Assembly (NCBI RefSeq): GCF_030013205.1
Contig: NZ_CP122648.1
Strand: one strand, 5' to 3'
Length of the DNA stretch: 64,000 nt
DNA from: Escherichia coli
Lineage (GTDB): Bacteria; Pseudomonadota; Gammaproteobacteria; Enterobacterales; Enterobacteriaceae
The position numbers and the translations under genes were made by a program. Of this stretch, positions 53,362 through 62,283 are shown piece by piece (position 1 is the first letter of the stretch; each line of letters opens with the position of its first letter). The notes beneath the pieces were generated by a model. The model saw only the letters and a program-made list of their open reading frames with translations. It ran no database searches and had not been told where the DNA came from.

Positions 53362-55401
53362 TCATCCCAGGAACCGTTGAGCACCAATTAGTTGCGCGAA
53401 GTAATCGGCACCAGCGTTCCGAACAATTTCCAACTTAACGTTCTGATCATTGTTTCCTGCTGCAGGGACAATCCCACGATTCATAGCCAGCGCCCGGATC
53501 ACATCTTCAACACTTACAGCTTTAGCGGCAGCACCATTTTCATGGTTAATAATGCCCTGAATTAGCTTTTTCATGACCTCAAAATTAGAACCATCGATTT
53601 TCTCCTTAACACCTAATCCGGTGTACTGAGAGAGATAGCTTTTATAGGACGATGTGTTATTTCCATCAGATGAAGGGGCATAAATATCAATAATCTGATC
53701 AATCGTATTTTTGCCGCGTTTCAGGTATAGCATTACCTGCCGATCTAAGGCGGCAATGCCTTCCAGCATCGTCGGGAAGCTGGCAAAACGGGCATTTGGC
53801 CCCGATTCCAGGGTAGCCCCTTTTTGTCCTGCGAAATTAAGATTTCCGGGATTGTTATTCCTGATCCCTCTGGATAAATATGCAGATCTGTTTACTTGAT
53901 TTGAAAATCCCTGCAATCCTCCAGGCCAGACCTTACCCGGATTGTTTTTTTGCCACTCCTGCACTTCGTTAAAATAATCAAAGTTGAAACGCCCCTCCAG
54001 CCCTTTCATTTCCTCACTGGTGGTAGGTGTGTCATTTGTAGGAATAGCCAATCCAGCTACTGTTCCGGCTGTAGCCCCAAGAAGACTTCCACCAACAACA
54101 CGGGCGGCAACTCCGGTCGTTGTGGCTGCCACAGCACCAACTCTCGATGGTCCAGCAAGTACTGCGGCCCCAAAAAGCCAGGGATGTTCAACCGCAAAAC
54201 CAACAAACCCGCTAAGTGCCTTAACAACCTTTGCAACGTTTTCGGCAAAATTGTTCAGGTCGTTATTAAAATCCGGGCCATTTACGTACTTACCAAGTTT
54301 ATCCAGCCCCGTTTCTACATCCGTCAGAATCCTTTTAAAGTTCTCACCATTCATGAAATTCAGGGCAGCATTCGTGGCACCATCAGACATTCTGATTAAA
54401 GCGTCTTCATTCCCCGCCATTGCTCCCTGAAATCCGCTGGTAAGCCGATCCCAGTTTTTTTCCAGGTTACTGGTAATATTCTGATATTTACTTGTATGTG
54501 CAGAGGTCAGTAACGAATCATTCTGCGCTGCACGTAACGAAAACTCTTTGTTGAGTTCAGGTATTTTGTCCTGATATTTGACTAACTGGTTAGTAAGACC
54601 AAAATTTACCCATCCAAGCCCCATTCCTCTGAAATTGCTCTGGGTAAGACCAGTTCCCTGATATTCCTTTGCCAGCGCTGCAACCTTTTTCAGGAATACA
54701 GGCAGGTTTTCAGTCGCGTTTTTATCAGGATTTAGCCCCAGATTAAGCAGGCCGACGCGGGCAGGATGCGATATATCATTTTGTGCTGCTGCCAGTGTAT
54801 TGAGCACATTGCCAACACCGGAAAAATAAGGCGAATAAGTGCTTTCTGCCGCCTTTAACTCTCCTGGCGTTGCCACCAGCTCATCTGCATTTTTCTGTTT
54901 CTCTACAACACTACGGGACATCATGCCAAAGCCAAACGGTCCGGCAACGCCCATAACCGAGAGTTTTGTTCCCCACGATACGGTTGTTTTAAACAGGTTG
55001 TTTAATCTTGAAGTGGTCGTCTGTAGTGTAGAATTGATCTGCTTGTAAGTTTTCAGCGTCTGTTGGGCATTTTTCCCCAGCCCGCTGAGATACTTATCAA
55101 ACATCGTTTCGCCGCGACCTTTATAGTTGCTTACGAACGAATCTGCTGTTTTTCCGCTGCCGACAAAGCGCCCTTTTTCGTCCCTCACTCTCCCGGATAC
55201 ATCCGGTCCTGTCCGACCAGATTTTGCCGCCACGGGTAAGCCTGCCCCCACGCTGCGCCCACTTTGCCCCGGTATTTTCATCGGCGTTCCGGCAGGGCCG
55301 ATCATCAGCCCGTTGCGATACTTTTCAAAAATTGCCTCAAGCCGTTTGAGGTGTTCTTCATTAACGTCCAGCGTCAGAACTGGCATCTGATTACCTGACA
55401 T
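53362..55401 (-). CDS. large Gly/Ala-rich protein, tape-measure-like (function uncertain)
   Basis: 679-aa ORF; hydrophobic Gly/Ala-rich segment (GFVGFAVEHPWLFGAAVLAGPSRVGAVAATTTGVAARVVGGSLLGATAGTVAGLAIP), helical N-terminal half, C-terminal NNNPGNLNF region; start codon overlaps the stop of the upstream frameshifted pair (TAATG). No NTPase motif found. Confidence 0.45.
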   Translation of the reverse strand: MSGNQMPVLTLDVNEEHLKRLEAIFEKYRNGLMIGPAGTPMKIPGQSGRSVGAGLPVAAKSGRTGPDVSGRVRDEKGRFVGSGKTADSFVSNYKGRGETMFDKYLSGLGKNAQQTLKTYKQINSTLQTTTSRLNNLFKTTVSWGTKLSVMGVAGPFGFGMMSRSVVEKQKNADELVATPGELKAAESTYSPYFSGVGNVLNTLAAAQNDISHPARVGLLNLGLNPDKNATENLPVFLKKVAALAKEYQGTGLTQSNFRGMGLGWVNFGLTNQLVKYQDKIPELNKEFSLRAAQNDSLLTSAHTSKYQNITSNLEKNWDRLTSGFQGAMAGNEDALIRMSDGATNAALNFMNGENFKRILTDVETGLDKLGKYVNGPDFNNDLNNFAENVAKVVKALSGFVGFAVEHPWLFGAAVLAGPSRVGAVAATTTGVAARVVGGSLLGATAGTVAGLAIPTNDTPTTSEEMKGLEGRFNFDYFNEVQEWQKNNPGKVWPGGLQGFSNQVNRSAYLSRGIRNNNPGNLNFAGQKGATLESGPNARFASFPTMLEGIAALDRQVMLYLKRGKNTIDQIIDIYAPSSDGNNTSSYKSYLSQYTGLGVKEKIDGSNFEVMKKLIQGIINHENGAAAKAVSVEDVIRALAMNRGIVPAAGNNDQNVKLEIVRNAGADYFAQLIGAQRFLG

Positions 55402-56083
55402 TACAATACTCCTGCGGGATTTTTGAATTTGAGCAGCTCACGAAACTGAGCTGCTGTTTTTACATTCAGACCGGAATCTGCACAGATGTCTCTGAATCCG
55501 GCTCCGGCTGAGTAGTCGAGGATGTCGCTGATGACGTGTTCGCCGTCGCGCCAGAACTGACGGCAGGCTTCAATGTCGGCAATGAATCGATCCATTCCGT
55601 AAGACTCAAGGACGAGCATTGAGTGCTCCATATTCCATTCACCGCATCCATAGTCCCCTTCGTCTGCTCCGGGGAATTTATCGACGAGACGCATGTAAAA
55701 AAAACAAGTTCACCCGCCACTTCGTCCAAATCAACGATTTCACGCTCCAGCGCCATATCGAGAGGGATTGTGTCGTAGCCTTTGCCCTCCACTGGATAAA
55801 CAAGGTTTGCCAGGCGAATAATTTCGTTTATGAGCGTATTACGTATGCCTTTCTCCCCATCCCATAAACCGGAGTCACGGGAGATTTTCTCCAGCATAAG
55901 GCAGGCAACGCGCGGACCCGCAACAACACCAAGACCTTCAGAAAAAATGGCAGAAAAGGTTTTACTCAGGATGAAGAAATGCTCTTTAAACACCTCTTTG
56001 CTGATCGGCGTGGCATGGAGCCAGCCATTACCCTTTTCAGTGCGCACAGGGATAATCAGATTTAAGTTTTTAGCAATTTTCAT
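55401..56083 (-). CDS. two overlapping same-strand ORFs joined by a probable programmed -1 frameshift (tail assembly chaperone G/GT-like)
   Basis: ORF A (56083 down to about 55466) reads ...DLDEVAGELVFF through a run of 8 T on the minus strand (8 A on plus at about 55696-55703); ORF B (about 55694..55401) is in the -1 frame and continues ...YMRLVDKFPGADEG. Upstream segment about 129 aa, downstream about 98 aa, directly 5' of the 679-aa gene. Confidence 0.4.
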
Positions 56084-56763
56084 GATTCACTCACTCTGTT
56101 TTTTTCCAGTTGATCCAGCCGCCCGGATATTTCTTCCAGTTTTTCCAGAGCTGGCTTGCAGGCCGCATCAATAACTTCACGGACCATTCCGGCGAGCTGT
56201 TCTTCTTCTGTCGGCGTTGTTACTTCCACACCTGATGGTTTCCCGCCCTTATCCCATACGCCCAACGGTACGAGCGCAACGTGATCGATAAGAAATGGCG
56301 TACCCTCAATGAAAAAATTGTCCTCGCCCATTACATCAGGAACTTCTGCCCCACCGGACGCACCACAAAACACAACCGACGGGCTGGTGGATACCTCCCC
56401 CCGTGCTTTCTGGATGTAATCGATGATTTCCTGCCCGTAAATCCGGCATACACCCCACACCTCGTCACCGCGAATATACGGCAACATGACGGTGCCAATA
56501 ATGCGCGACCGTTCGCCAACGTCTTCAATGGTTTTGCCTTCGGGATGGTCGATAATGACGGGTACTCCGGCGCAACGTTCCAGGAACTGCGGATTGAGAT
56601 AAGTTTGCGGTGAACGCCAGACAAATTCTTTTTCTTCGGCGCGGTAGGCCATGCCAGTCCCTGTAATACGCAGGTTAACCAGCCACATGTTGGAGAACTG
56701 ATAAGGCGACGGTAGCTGACCGTCCCGAATCTGCTTTGCCGCCTCAATTTCTGTTAAAAGCAT
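56080..56763 (-). CDS. phage-like hypothetical protein (227 aa)
   Basis: ORF MLLTEIEAAKQIRDGQLPSPYQFSNMWLVNLRITGTGMAYRAEEKEF; overlaps the start of the downstream gene by 4 nt (coupled operon). No family recognised with confidence; could be a tail-tube-type or protease-type protein. Confidence 0.5.
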   Translation of the reverse strand: MLLTEIEAAKQIRDGQLPSPYQFSNMWLVNLRITGTGMAYRAEEKEFVWRSPQTYLNPQFLERCAGVPVIIDHPEGKTIEDVGERSRIIGTVMLPYIRGDEVWGVCRIYGQEIIDYIQKARGEVSTSPSVVFCGASGGAEVPDVMGEDNFFIEGTPFLIDHVALVPLGVWDKGGKPSGVEVTTPTEEEQLAGMVREVIDAACKPALEKLEEISGRLDQLEKNRVSES

Positions 56764-56827
56764 AATGTCACCCGGTTATAATCAATAAGCCCCGCCAAAT
56801 CCGGCAGGGCTGAAATCAGCACGTTTT

Positions 56828-57415
56828 TCATGCCCCCGCGAGGCTTGCAACGTTAATTTTGACCAGGCGACGGGGAGGGATTTTGAAAGCACTAAGCCAG
56901 TTATTCGGATCCCCCTGATATTCAGTAATCCGGCGCCCGGCTTCATCCATCCTGACTTTTTTAGTCAAATAACCCGGCGTGTTTTCCACGGCCCACTGAG
57001 CACTTTCCTGAGCAGCCTTGTAAATCTGATCTTCCAGCACCGCCAGCGTTGCAGAATCTGAAACGGAACGAATATCCACATCACTGAATTTTTTAGCCAG
57101 CTTCTGTGCGCCAATTAATGCACGCTTGCGGTAATCCATCGACTTTTCACCAGCAAACGGGGCCGGAGCTCGACGGCCCATATTGCTGTATGCGGAATCC
57201 GCTTTGGCCTGGGCTTCTGCCAGTGAGGATTCATCTTCGACTGACGCGACGATGTTTTGATTAGCGTTATCCTCTTTTATGAAATCCTGTGCGGGGATCG
57301 CATTCAGAATTTCGATAATCTCCTGCGGAGTGCTGCCCTGCGACTCTGACAGAGCGTTAACCACCTCCATCAGTTTTAATCGCAAATCTTCTTTGCTTGC
57401 TGGCATTTTTACCAC
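56828..57415 (-). CDS. phage-like hypothetical protein (195 aa)
   Basis: ORF MVKMPASKEDLRLKLMEVVNALSESQGSTPQEIIEILNAIPAQDF; acidic/helical; first gene of the leftward operon after a promoter-like gap. Confidence 0.5.
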   Translation of the reverse strand: MVKMPASKEDLRLKLMEVVNALSESQGSTPQEIIEILNAIPAQDFIKEDNANQNIVASVEDESSLAEAQAKADSAYSNMGRRAPAPFAGEKSMDYRKRALIGAQKLAKKFSDVDIRSVSDSATLAVLEDQIYKAAQESAQWAVENTPGYLTKKVRMDEAGRRITEYQGDPNNWLSAFKIPPRRLVKINVASLAGA

Positions 57416-57445
57416 CTCTCTTTTTTCACCAAAAAATCACGACCA

Positions 57446-57643
57446 TCAGGCCGGACGTTCTACGGGATAAAGCGCCCGCTGCATTAAACGCCGGGCGACC
57501 TCATGAATGCTCGGAGCAATCCCCAGCGGAGAATTGCGGCGTTCCTCGTCCTGGATGCGCTGTAATGCTTCAATCTGATCACGAGCGAGTAAAACAGGTT
57601 TCACGCTGGCTTTTCTCATAGTCATATCTCCTGAACAAAACAA
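57446..57643 (-). CDS. small hypothetical protein (65 aa or shorter from an internal Met)
   Basis: ORF MFCSGDMTMRKASVKPVLLARDQIEALQRIQDEERRNSPLGIAPSIHEVARRLMQRALYPVERPA; possibly a small DNA-binding/antitoxin-like protein; no family recognised. Confidence 0.35.
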   Translation of the reverse strand: MFCSGDMTMRKASVKPVLLARDQIEALQRIQDEERRNSPLGIAPSIHEVARRLMQRALYPVERPA

Positions 57644-57749
57644 CGATTATGATTGCACAAACTGAAATGACGATCTACATCATTGCAATTTATGAAACAA
57701 TAACGCATGATGATCGCGTTCTTCCCATTGACTTCAATCACCTGAAAAA

Positions 57750-57785
57750 CAAAGCCCGCAACACTTCTGGCTGCGGGCTTTTTAC
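57750..57785 (-). terminator. intrinsic terminator downstream of the PerC-like gene
   Basis: Minus strand GCCCGCAGCCAGAAGTGTTGCGGGC hairpin followed by TTTGTTTTT. Confidence 0.5.
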
Positions 57786-57820
57786 TGGCACAAAAAAGCC
57801 GGGAAAAATCCCGGCCTCCG

Positions 57821-58108
57821 TCACTGACTGCAATTTTTCGATCCAGGGTATTTCCTGAATGCCTTACCATTGGGCTGATGTAATCCCATCCCGGCATGTG
57901 CCCGGCTGATGGTTTCGCGCATCTCCCCGAAATTATCCTGCCGTGCTGGTGGGCGTGCTGCCTTGCGGATACATTCCGCGCGACGTTTTGCCGCCTGTTC
58001 CCGTGCCTTGTCATCATTCGCCAGCATGATGACCTCAGCCCACCGCGCCGCCGCTCTCCGGTACAGACCACGCGCTTCCAGTGCTTCCGCTTTGCTGTCG
58101 TGAATCAT
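57821..58108 (-). CDS. PerC-family transcriptional activator-like protein
   Basis: 95-aa ORF MIHDSKAEALEARGLYRRAAARWAEVIMLANDDKAREQAAKRRAECIRKA; the KAExLExRGxYRRAAxRW pattern matches recalled PerC/Pch-type activators. Confidence 0.55.
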   Translation of the reverse strand: MIHDSKAEALEARGLYRRAAARWAEVIMLANDDKAREQAAKRRAECIRKAARPPARQDNFGEMRETISRAHAGMGLHQPNGKAFRKYPGSKNCSQ

Positions 58109-58647
58109 GCGCCTGTTTTCTCCTTTGCTACCCGGCGCTGACGTTTGCGCTTCTCATTCAGCGCCACCAGCCGCGTTTCTGCGTCCTGTTGTTCCTGTGG
58201 TGTCACCTCGCCGCACGGCTGGCCTTTCAGGTCGTAGCGTACCCCACCAGCCATTAAGGCGCGGTAATAGCGCGGACACTGTGCATAAGATGCCAGCGTC
58301 GCACGCAATGCCCCTGGACCGAATGCCAGCCCCCTGACGGCGAGATCCTGCATCAGGTCGTCGAATATCCCCACCTTAAGCGGCTTCGGTGCTTCCCGGC
58401 TGAATAATTCAGGCCACAACTCAGTGAGGCGGTTAATGCGCCTGCGGTTTTTGCGCTGGCGCTTGGTCATATGCCGCCACAGTGTCGCCCCTGTGGGCTT
58501 CTGCTGCGCTTTCTGGTTACCGGGCATCACTTTATGCGCCGATGTGGTTTTATCCTGCTCCTGCGCCGCCTGCGTCGTTTTCTGCGGCGTGCCGTAAATG
58601 CCTTTAGGTTTTCTGTTAATGGTCAGCTTAGTCATGCTTTGCCCCAT
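58105..58647 (-). CDS. ProQ/FinO-domain RNA-binding protein
   Basis: 180-aa ORF; basic N-terminus then LTELWPELFSREAPKPLKVGIFDDLMQDLA...GALRATLASYAQCPRYYRALMAGGVRYDLKGQPCGEVTPQEQQDAETRL, closely resembling the recalled ProQ N-terminal FinO domain. Confidence 0.7.
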   Translation of the reverse strand: MGQSMTKLTINRKPKGIYGTPQKTTQAAQEQDKTTSAHKVMPGNQKAQQKPTGATLWRHMTKRQRKNRRRINRLTELWPELFSREAPKPLKVGIFDDLMQDLAVRGLAFGPGALRATLASYAQCPRYYRALMAGGVRYDLKGQPCGEVTPQEQQDAETRLVALNEKRKRQRRVAKEKTGA

Positions 58648-58719
58648 CGTTTTTACTGATTGCTACGTTGCCCAACGGCACTGACACAACATTCTGTTTT
58701 CATTTTTAACATTCCTAAT

Positions 58720-59115
58720 TTTTTAATTCCTCACCTGCTGCACAGTGAAAATTTATGAAGTTAATAACAATATGATTTTAAATGTATTTTTAAGTACTCA
58801 CTTTTTAATCCTTATATATACGCAAAAGTGAGGTAAATAGTTAAGTTTTAGTTAATATCTTGCATGGTGTGTTTTTTAACCTACCTGTTATTTTTATTAC
58901 CTCATTTCTATTAACTCACCATTCCTCACTTTTGTTCCTCACTTTTTGTTATTCCCGTCCTGCTCCTCACCTGTTTTTCTTGTTGTTGTAATGTCTTGTT
59001 TTACAATATGTTTTTCATTCCTCACTTTTTGACCTATATACAGGTGAGAAAGTGAGGAGTGGCGTTGATTTTTTGTTAAATTACCCGCCATCCTCACTTT
59101 TGCTCCTCACTTTTT
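58720..59115. repeat. iteron array (TCCTCACTTTT and variants, direct and inverted), candidate replication origin
   Basis: At least 10 copies of CCTCAC(T/C)TTT: e.g. 58728, 58924, 58937, 58964, 59020, 59091, 59105 direct and 58826, 59044 inverted, within AT-rich DNA directly 3' of the helicase gene; the last copies overlap the helicase stop codon. Confidence 0.6.
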
Positions 59116-60529
59116 ACAGTGGGCGCACATAATCACCGTCAATAGCGATTACGCCGTCGCTTTCCAGCTTGTACAGCCAGCGCCGGAAGTTTTTCATTTC
59201 ATACCCCAGCTTTTTCATATCATCGCGGAGAAGGGCGATAGTGCACGCCTCCCCGTGTGCTGTTCGCGTTCTGATGCACTGCCATAGCGCAGCGTGATTT
59301 TCCGTCTTGTTCCCGGCCTCCTCGATGCGTTCCAGTTCAACAGGTGGGCGCGGCTTATCCACAACCACCAGCGACGTGATTAACTCCCCGTCAGTGTCGG
59401 TAAAAAGCTCCACCACGCGTAAATCATATGCAGCCTCTTTCAGTTCCTCCGCGTCCTTCATTTTGGTGCAGGAGATAACCAGGGCTTCACTGTCCGCACC
59501 TTCACGGCGAATACGGTATTCAGCGTCCAGAGATGCACGAAATGCACTGGAACCACGCGCCCCTTTTGTTTCATCCTTGCCGGAATGGTGAACCACCAGT
59601 ACCGTGGCCCCCGTGCGTCGTTTCAGTTCGTCACATCCACGGATAAACGCCCCCATATCCCGCGCGTCATTTTCATCATTACCGCCAAAGCAACGCGCCA
59701 GCGTATCCAGAATAATCATGCGTACCGGTTTACCCGTTTCCCGTTCAACCTGACGGGAAGCGATGACCATTTCATCAACATCAAGCGGGACCGCCGGAAA
59801 AATCGGGCGGTTTACCAGGTACAGATTTTTCACCCGTTCATCATTAACGATTTCCCATGCTTTGATACGACGAGGGACACCAATGCCACCTTCACCGACG
59901 ACATACATCACCGAACCATGCGCCACCCTGCGGCCTCCCCAGTGGCGACCCGTGGCAACATGACACGCCCAGGAACACGCGAGGAACGATTTATAGGAAC
60001 CGCTCGCGCCGTATGTGCTGCACAATGAATTAGCCGGAATCACGCCCTTAACGACATAATCAAGCTGTGTGTCGTACCCTGCAGATCCAATACTCATTGG
60101 TAGTGTGGTTTTTCGCTGGTCGTTTTTTTCTTCCTCTGGTATCTCTCCGGACAGTCTTTTCTGGCGCTCTCGTTCCAGATATTCGCGCCACTCCTCGCGT
60201 TTCTGGCTGTGCATTCCCTCGGGGTAATAATTCGCATCCCGTACACCTGCCGCCGCCAGCTTTTGCCCGATGGCGTTAATATTTGACGGCTTGATGTGGC
60301 CTGCCTTGTACAGCCGGACACAATAGCGACCATCGTCGATAATTTTCAGGTCTGCCAGTTCGTCAAGCTGGCTGTCTCCCAGCCATACAGGCGGCACGTT
60401 GTCGCCAGCAAGTCGCCCGTCCTGCTCCTGCCACTGTTTCGCGTGCGCCCAGGCATCACTACCCGCAAAAATAATGACTTCGGTCATTTTGTCGTGTGGC
60501 TGTTTTTTTAAGTTCGGTGCCAGTTTCAT
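59114..60529 (-). CDS. RepA/DnaB-like replicative helicase (RecA-fold ATPase)
   Basis: 471-aa ORF with P-loop GASGSYKS, Walker-B-like ILDTLARCFGG and LVVHHSGKDETKGARGSSAF, typical of phage/satellite helicase-type initiators; start overlaps the upstream gene stop. Confidence 0.75.
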   Translation of the reverse strand: MKLAPNLKKQPHDKMTEVIIFAGSDAWAHAKQWQEQDGRLAGDNVPPVWLGDSQLDELADLKIIDDGRYCVRLYKAGHIKPSNINAIGQKLAAAGVRDANYYPEGMHSQKREEWREYLERERQKRLSGEIPEEEKNDQRKTTLPMSIGSAGYDTQLDYVVKGVIPANSLCSTYGASGSYKSFLACSWACHVATGRHWGGRRVAHGSVMYVVGEGGIGVPRRIKAWEIVNDERVKNLYLVNRPIFPAVPLDVDEMVIASRQVERETGKPVRMIILDTLARCFGGNDENDARDMGAFIRGCDELKRRTGATVLVVHHSGKDETKGARGSSAFRASLDAEYRIRREGADSEALVISCTKMKDAEELKEAAYDLRVVELFTDTDGELITSLVVVDKPRPPVELERIEEAGNKTENHAALWQCIRTRTAHGEACTIALLRDDMKKLGYEMKNFRRWLYKLESDGVIAIDGDYVRPL

Positions 60530-60825
60530 TTTGTGCCCCTGAATGCGTTAATCATGTTTTTCATTTTCTGAATATTTGCCCGTGCCTTTGCGTTGCTGGT
60601 GGGCTGTTTGCATGGCGTGGCCTGTATCAGTGAAAAATCACGCCGGAACTGATAAACAGGCATCACGCAGTCATATTCGTACCCATCACGGCGGTAAGTA
60701 ACGCACCGTCCCGCCACGCTTTTAATCGTTACAGTGCCGCCGTATTTATCTTTGAAAATATCGCCGGGGCGGATTTCAGGCCGAGAGAGACCGCTGGCAG
60801 TAAAGCCAGAATTTTTCTTTTTCAT
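60526..60825 (-). CDS. hypothetical protein (99 aa)
   Basis: ORF MKKKNSGFTASGLSRPEIRPGDIFKDKYGGTVTIKSVAGRCVTYRRDGYEYDC; coupled (ATGA overlap) to the helicase gene. Confidence 0.5.
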   Translation of the reverse strand: MKKKNSGFTASGLSRPEIRPGDIFKDKYGGTVTIKSVAGRCVTYRRDGYEYDCVMPVYQFRRDFSLIQATPCKQPTSNAKARANIQKMKNMINAFRGTK

Positions 60826-60831
60826 GGTTTT

Positions 60832-61197
60832 TTACTCCTGCGTCTTGCTCTGAATTACCTGATAACCGCAATCGGTCAGCAATTCGATAAATTCCGGCAA
60901 TGTGCCGAAACAGCAATTATCACGCATACGTTCGCGGGATACCTCAACGCCGTTTTCGTAGTGACTCACCATGCGTCCGGTAAAATGCAGATCATCATCG
61001 TGATGGCACGTTGACGGCTTAATCAGTCGCGCACGTTCTGCCAGCTCCAGCAATGCTTCAACACTTCCGGCAATTGCACCATCCGGCAGGCGATAATTAC
61101 TTACCACGCGTCCATTCTCCACATTGACCAGTAGCTGCCCGGTAAATTTCTCATCAAACTGAATGCTGTTAAGGTCAGAAATTGACAGGTTATGCAT
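60832..61197 (-). CDS. hypothetical protein (121 aa)
   Basis: ORF MHNLSISDLNSIQFDEKFTGQLLVNVENGRVVSNYRLPDGAIAGSVEALLELAERA; same operon, overlaps the upstream gene by 8 nt. Confidence 0.5.
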   Translation of the reverse strand: MHNLSISDLNSIQFDEKFTGQLLVNVENGRVVSNYRLPDGAIAGSVEALLELAERARLIKPSTCHHDDDLHFTGRMVSHYENGVEVSRERMRDNCCFGTLPEFIELLTDCGYQVIQSKTQE

Positions 61198-61552
61198 GGT
61201 GCACCTCCTGGCGAATACGGGCGGCGAATACCATCACGCAGCCATCAGGAGATTGCTGGCGTGCTTCCTGTTCGCTGGTGGCCTCGATGTGAATCACGCG
61301 CGGTTGTGCCGTACTCAGGGCGATAAAACGCCAGATAAAATTGTTTTCGCATTTCTGAATAAACAGCGTGTTTTCTTCGCGCCCTTTCCATGTTGCCGAG
61401 ATATAGCCCATGCCATTGAGCATCTCGCAGGCATCAACCAGCGTATCAGCGGCTACGTGTACAGTGTTTTTACCGTCAGCTATGCAATCACGGTGCACCG
61501 CCAGGAAGGTGTATATAAATTTAGGGTGAGTTTGGGTATGCTGTGTTCCAGC
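61190..61552 (-). CDS. hypothetical protein (about 120 aa)
   Basis: Internal start of the long minus ORF: MAGTQHTQTHPKFIYTFLAVHRDCIADGKNTVHVAADTLVDACEMLNGMGY, preceded by GAGGT RBS; everything upstream in that frame looks like antisense junk. Confidence 0.45.
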   Translation of the reverse strand, partial: AGTQHTQTHPKFIYTFLAVHRDCIADGKNTVHVAADTLVDACEMLNGMGYISATWKGREENTLFIQKCENNFIWRFIALSTAQPRVIHIEATSEQEARQQSPDGCVMVFAARIRQEVHHA

Positions 61553-61754
61553 CATAATCGTTACCTCATTTAACGGTTTGGTTAGAAGCCCCGTTACTGC
61601 TCCAACAGTGCGGGGCTTCGTCGTTTCAATTGCTGAATTGCATGTATCAGCCCTTGTGGTATTCAGATTACATTTTGGTGAATACCATTTCAAGTCTTTT
61701 TTGGTATTCACTTTTGTATTACACTGCATCCCGTTATTAATCGGAGGTGCAAAC

Positions 61755-62060
61755 ATGTCCACGAGTTCTGTTAACAATAAGTCACAGCAACTGAATGCCA
61801 GATTTCCACATGAAGTAGTGAGTGGCATTGAGGCATCCCTACAGCCAGGGGAAACTAAAGCGAATTTTATAGTTACGGCTGTACGCGGTGAGATCGCCCG
61901 CCGCCAGGCAGAAGGAAGCGGAGAAAACCCCCTGGTTTCTTCGCTCGATGCGCTGGCGCAGGTGGAAAAAATCGGAGTCAAAGCTGCCGAGGAGATCGGG
62001 CAGCTCGTCACCGTCGCACGTGAAGAACTCCAGCGCCGCAAGGCCAAAGAATCAGAATAA
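61755..62060 (+). CDS. small DNA-binding-like protein (possible ribbon-helix-helix / YlcI-YnfO-like), the only convincing plus-strand gene in the element
   Basis: ATG 61755 preceded by GGAGG RBS; MSTSSVNNKSQQLNARFPHEVVSGIEASLQPGETKANFIVTAVRGEIARRQAEGSGENPL (101 aa); divergent from the flanking minus-strand genes. Confidence 0.5.
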   Translation: MSTSSVNNKSQQLNARFPHEVVSGIEASLQPGETKANFIVTAVRGEIARRQAEGSGENPLVSSLDALAQVEKIGVKAAEEIGQLVTVAREELQRRKAKESE

Positions 62061-62283
62061 TAACTATCATCGCCGTGGTGTGAGGAACTCCGGCGCATTG
62101 CTTTACAGGTACACAGAATGACCAACAAAGAATCAACCAAAACACCATCACCAACTCGTAAGAGACGACGCAAAAATATAGCGCATGAACATGAATCAGA
62201 AAGATTCGCACCTTGTTCGTTTGCTCTTGAGAAATTCCTTAAAGAGCACAGGAAAAAGCTCTCGTTGCAAACCTTGGAACGAA

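Noticed and set aside
57622-58108. 149-aa minus-strand ORF overlapping the PerC-like gene in another frame, and 69-aa plus-strand ORF at 57649..57858
   Set aside because: Arg-rich or hydrophobic junk translations without RBS; the 95-aa PerC-like frame and the terminator hairpin explain the region.
52521-59115. CRISPR array (two repeat-rich regions at 52.5 kb and 58.7-59.1 kb)
   Set aside because: Repeat units are short (11-16 nt), irregularly spaced and in mixed orientation, with no cas genes; they fit binding-site or iteron arrays instead.
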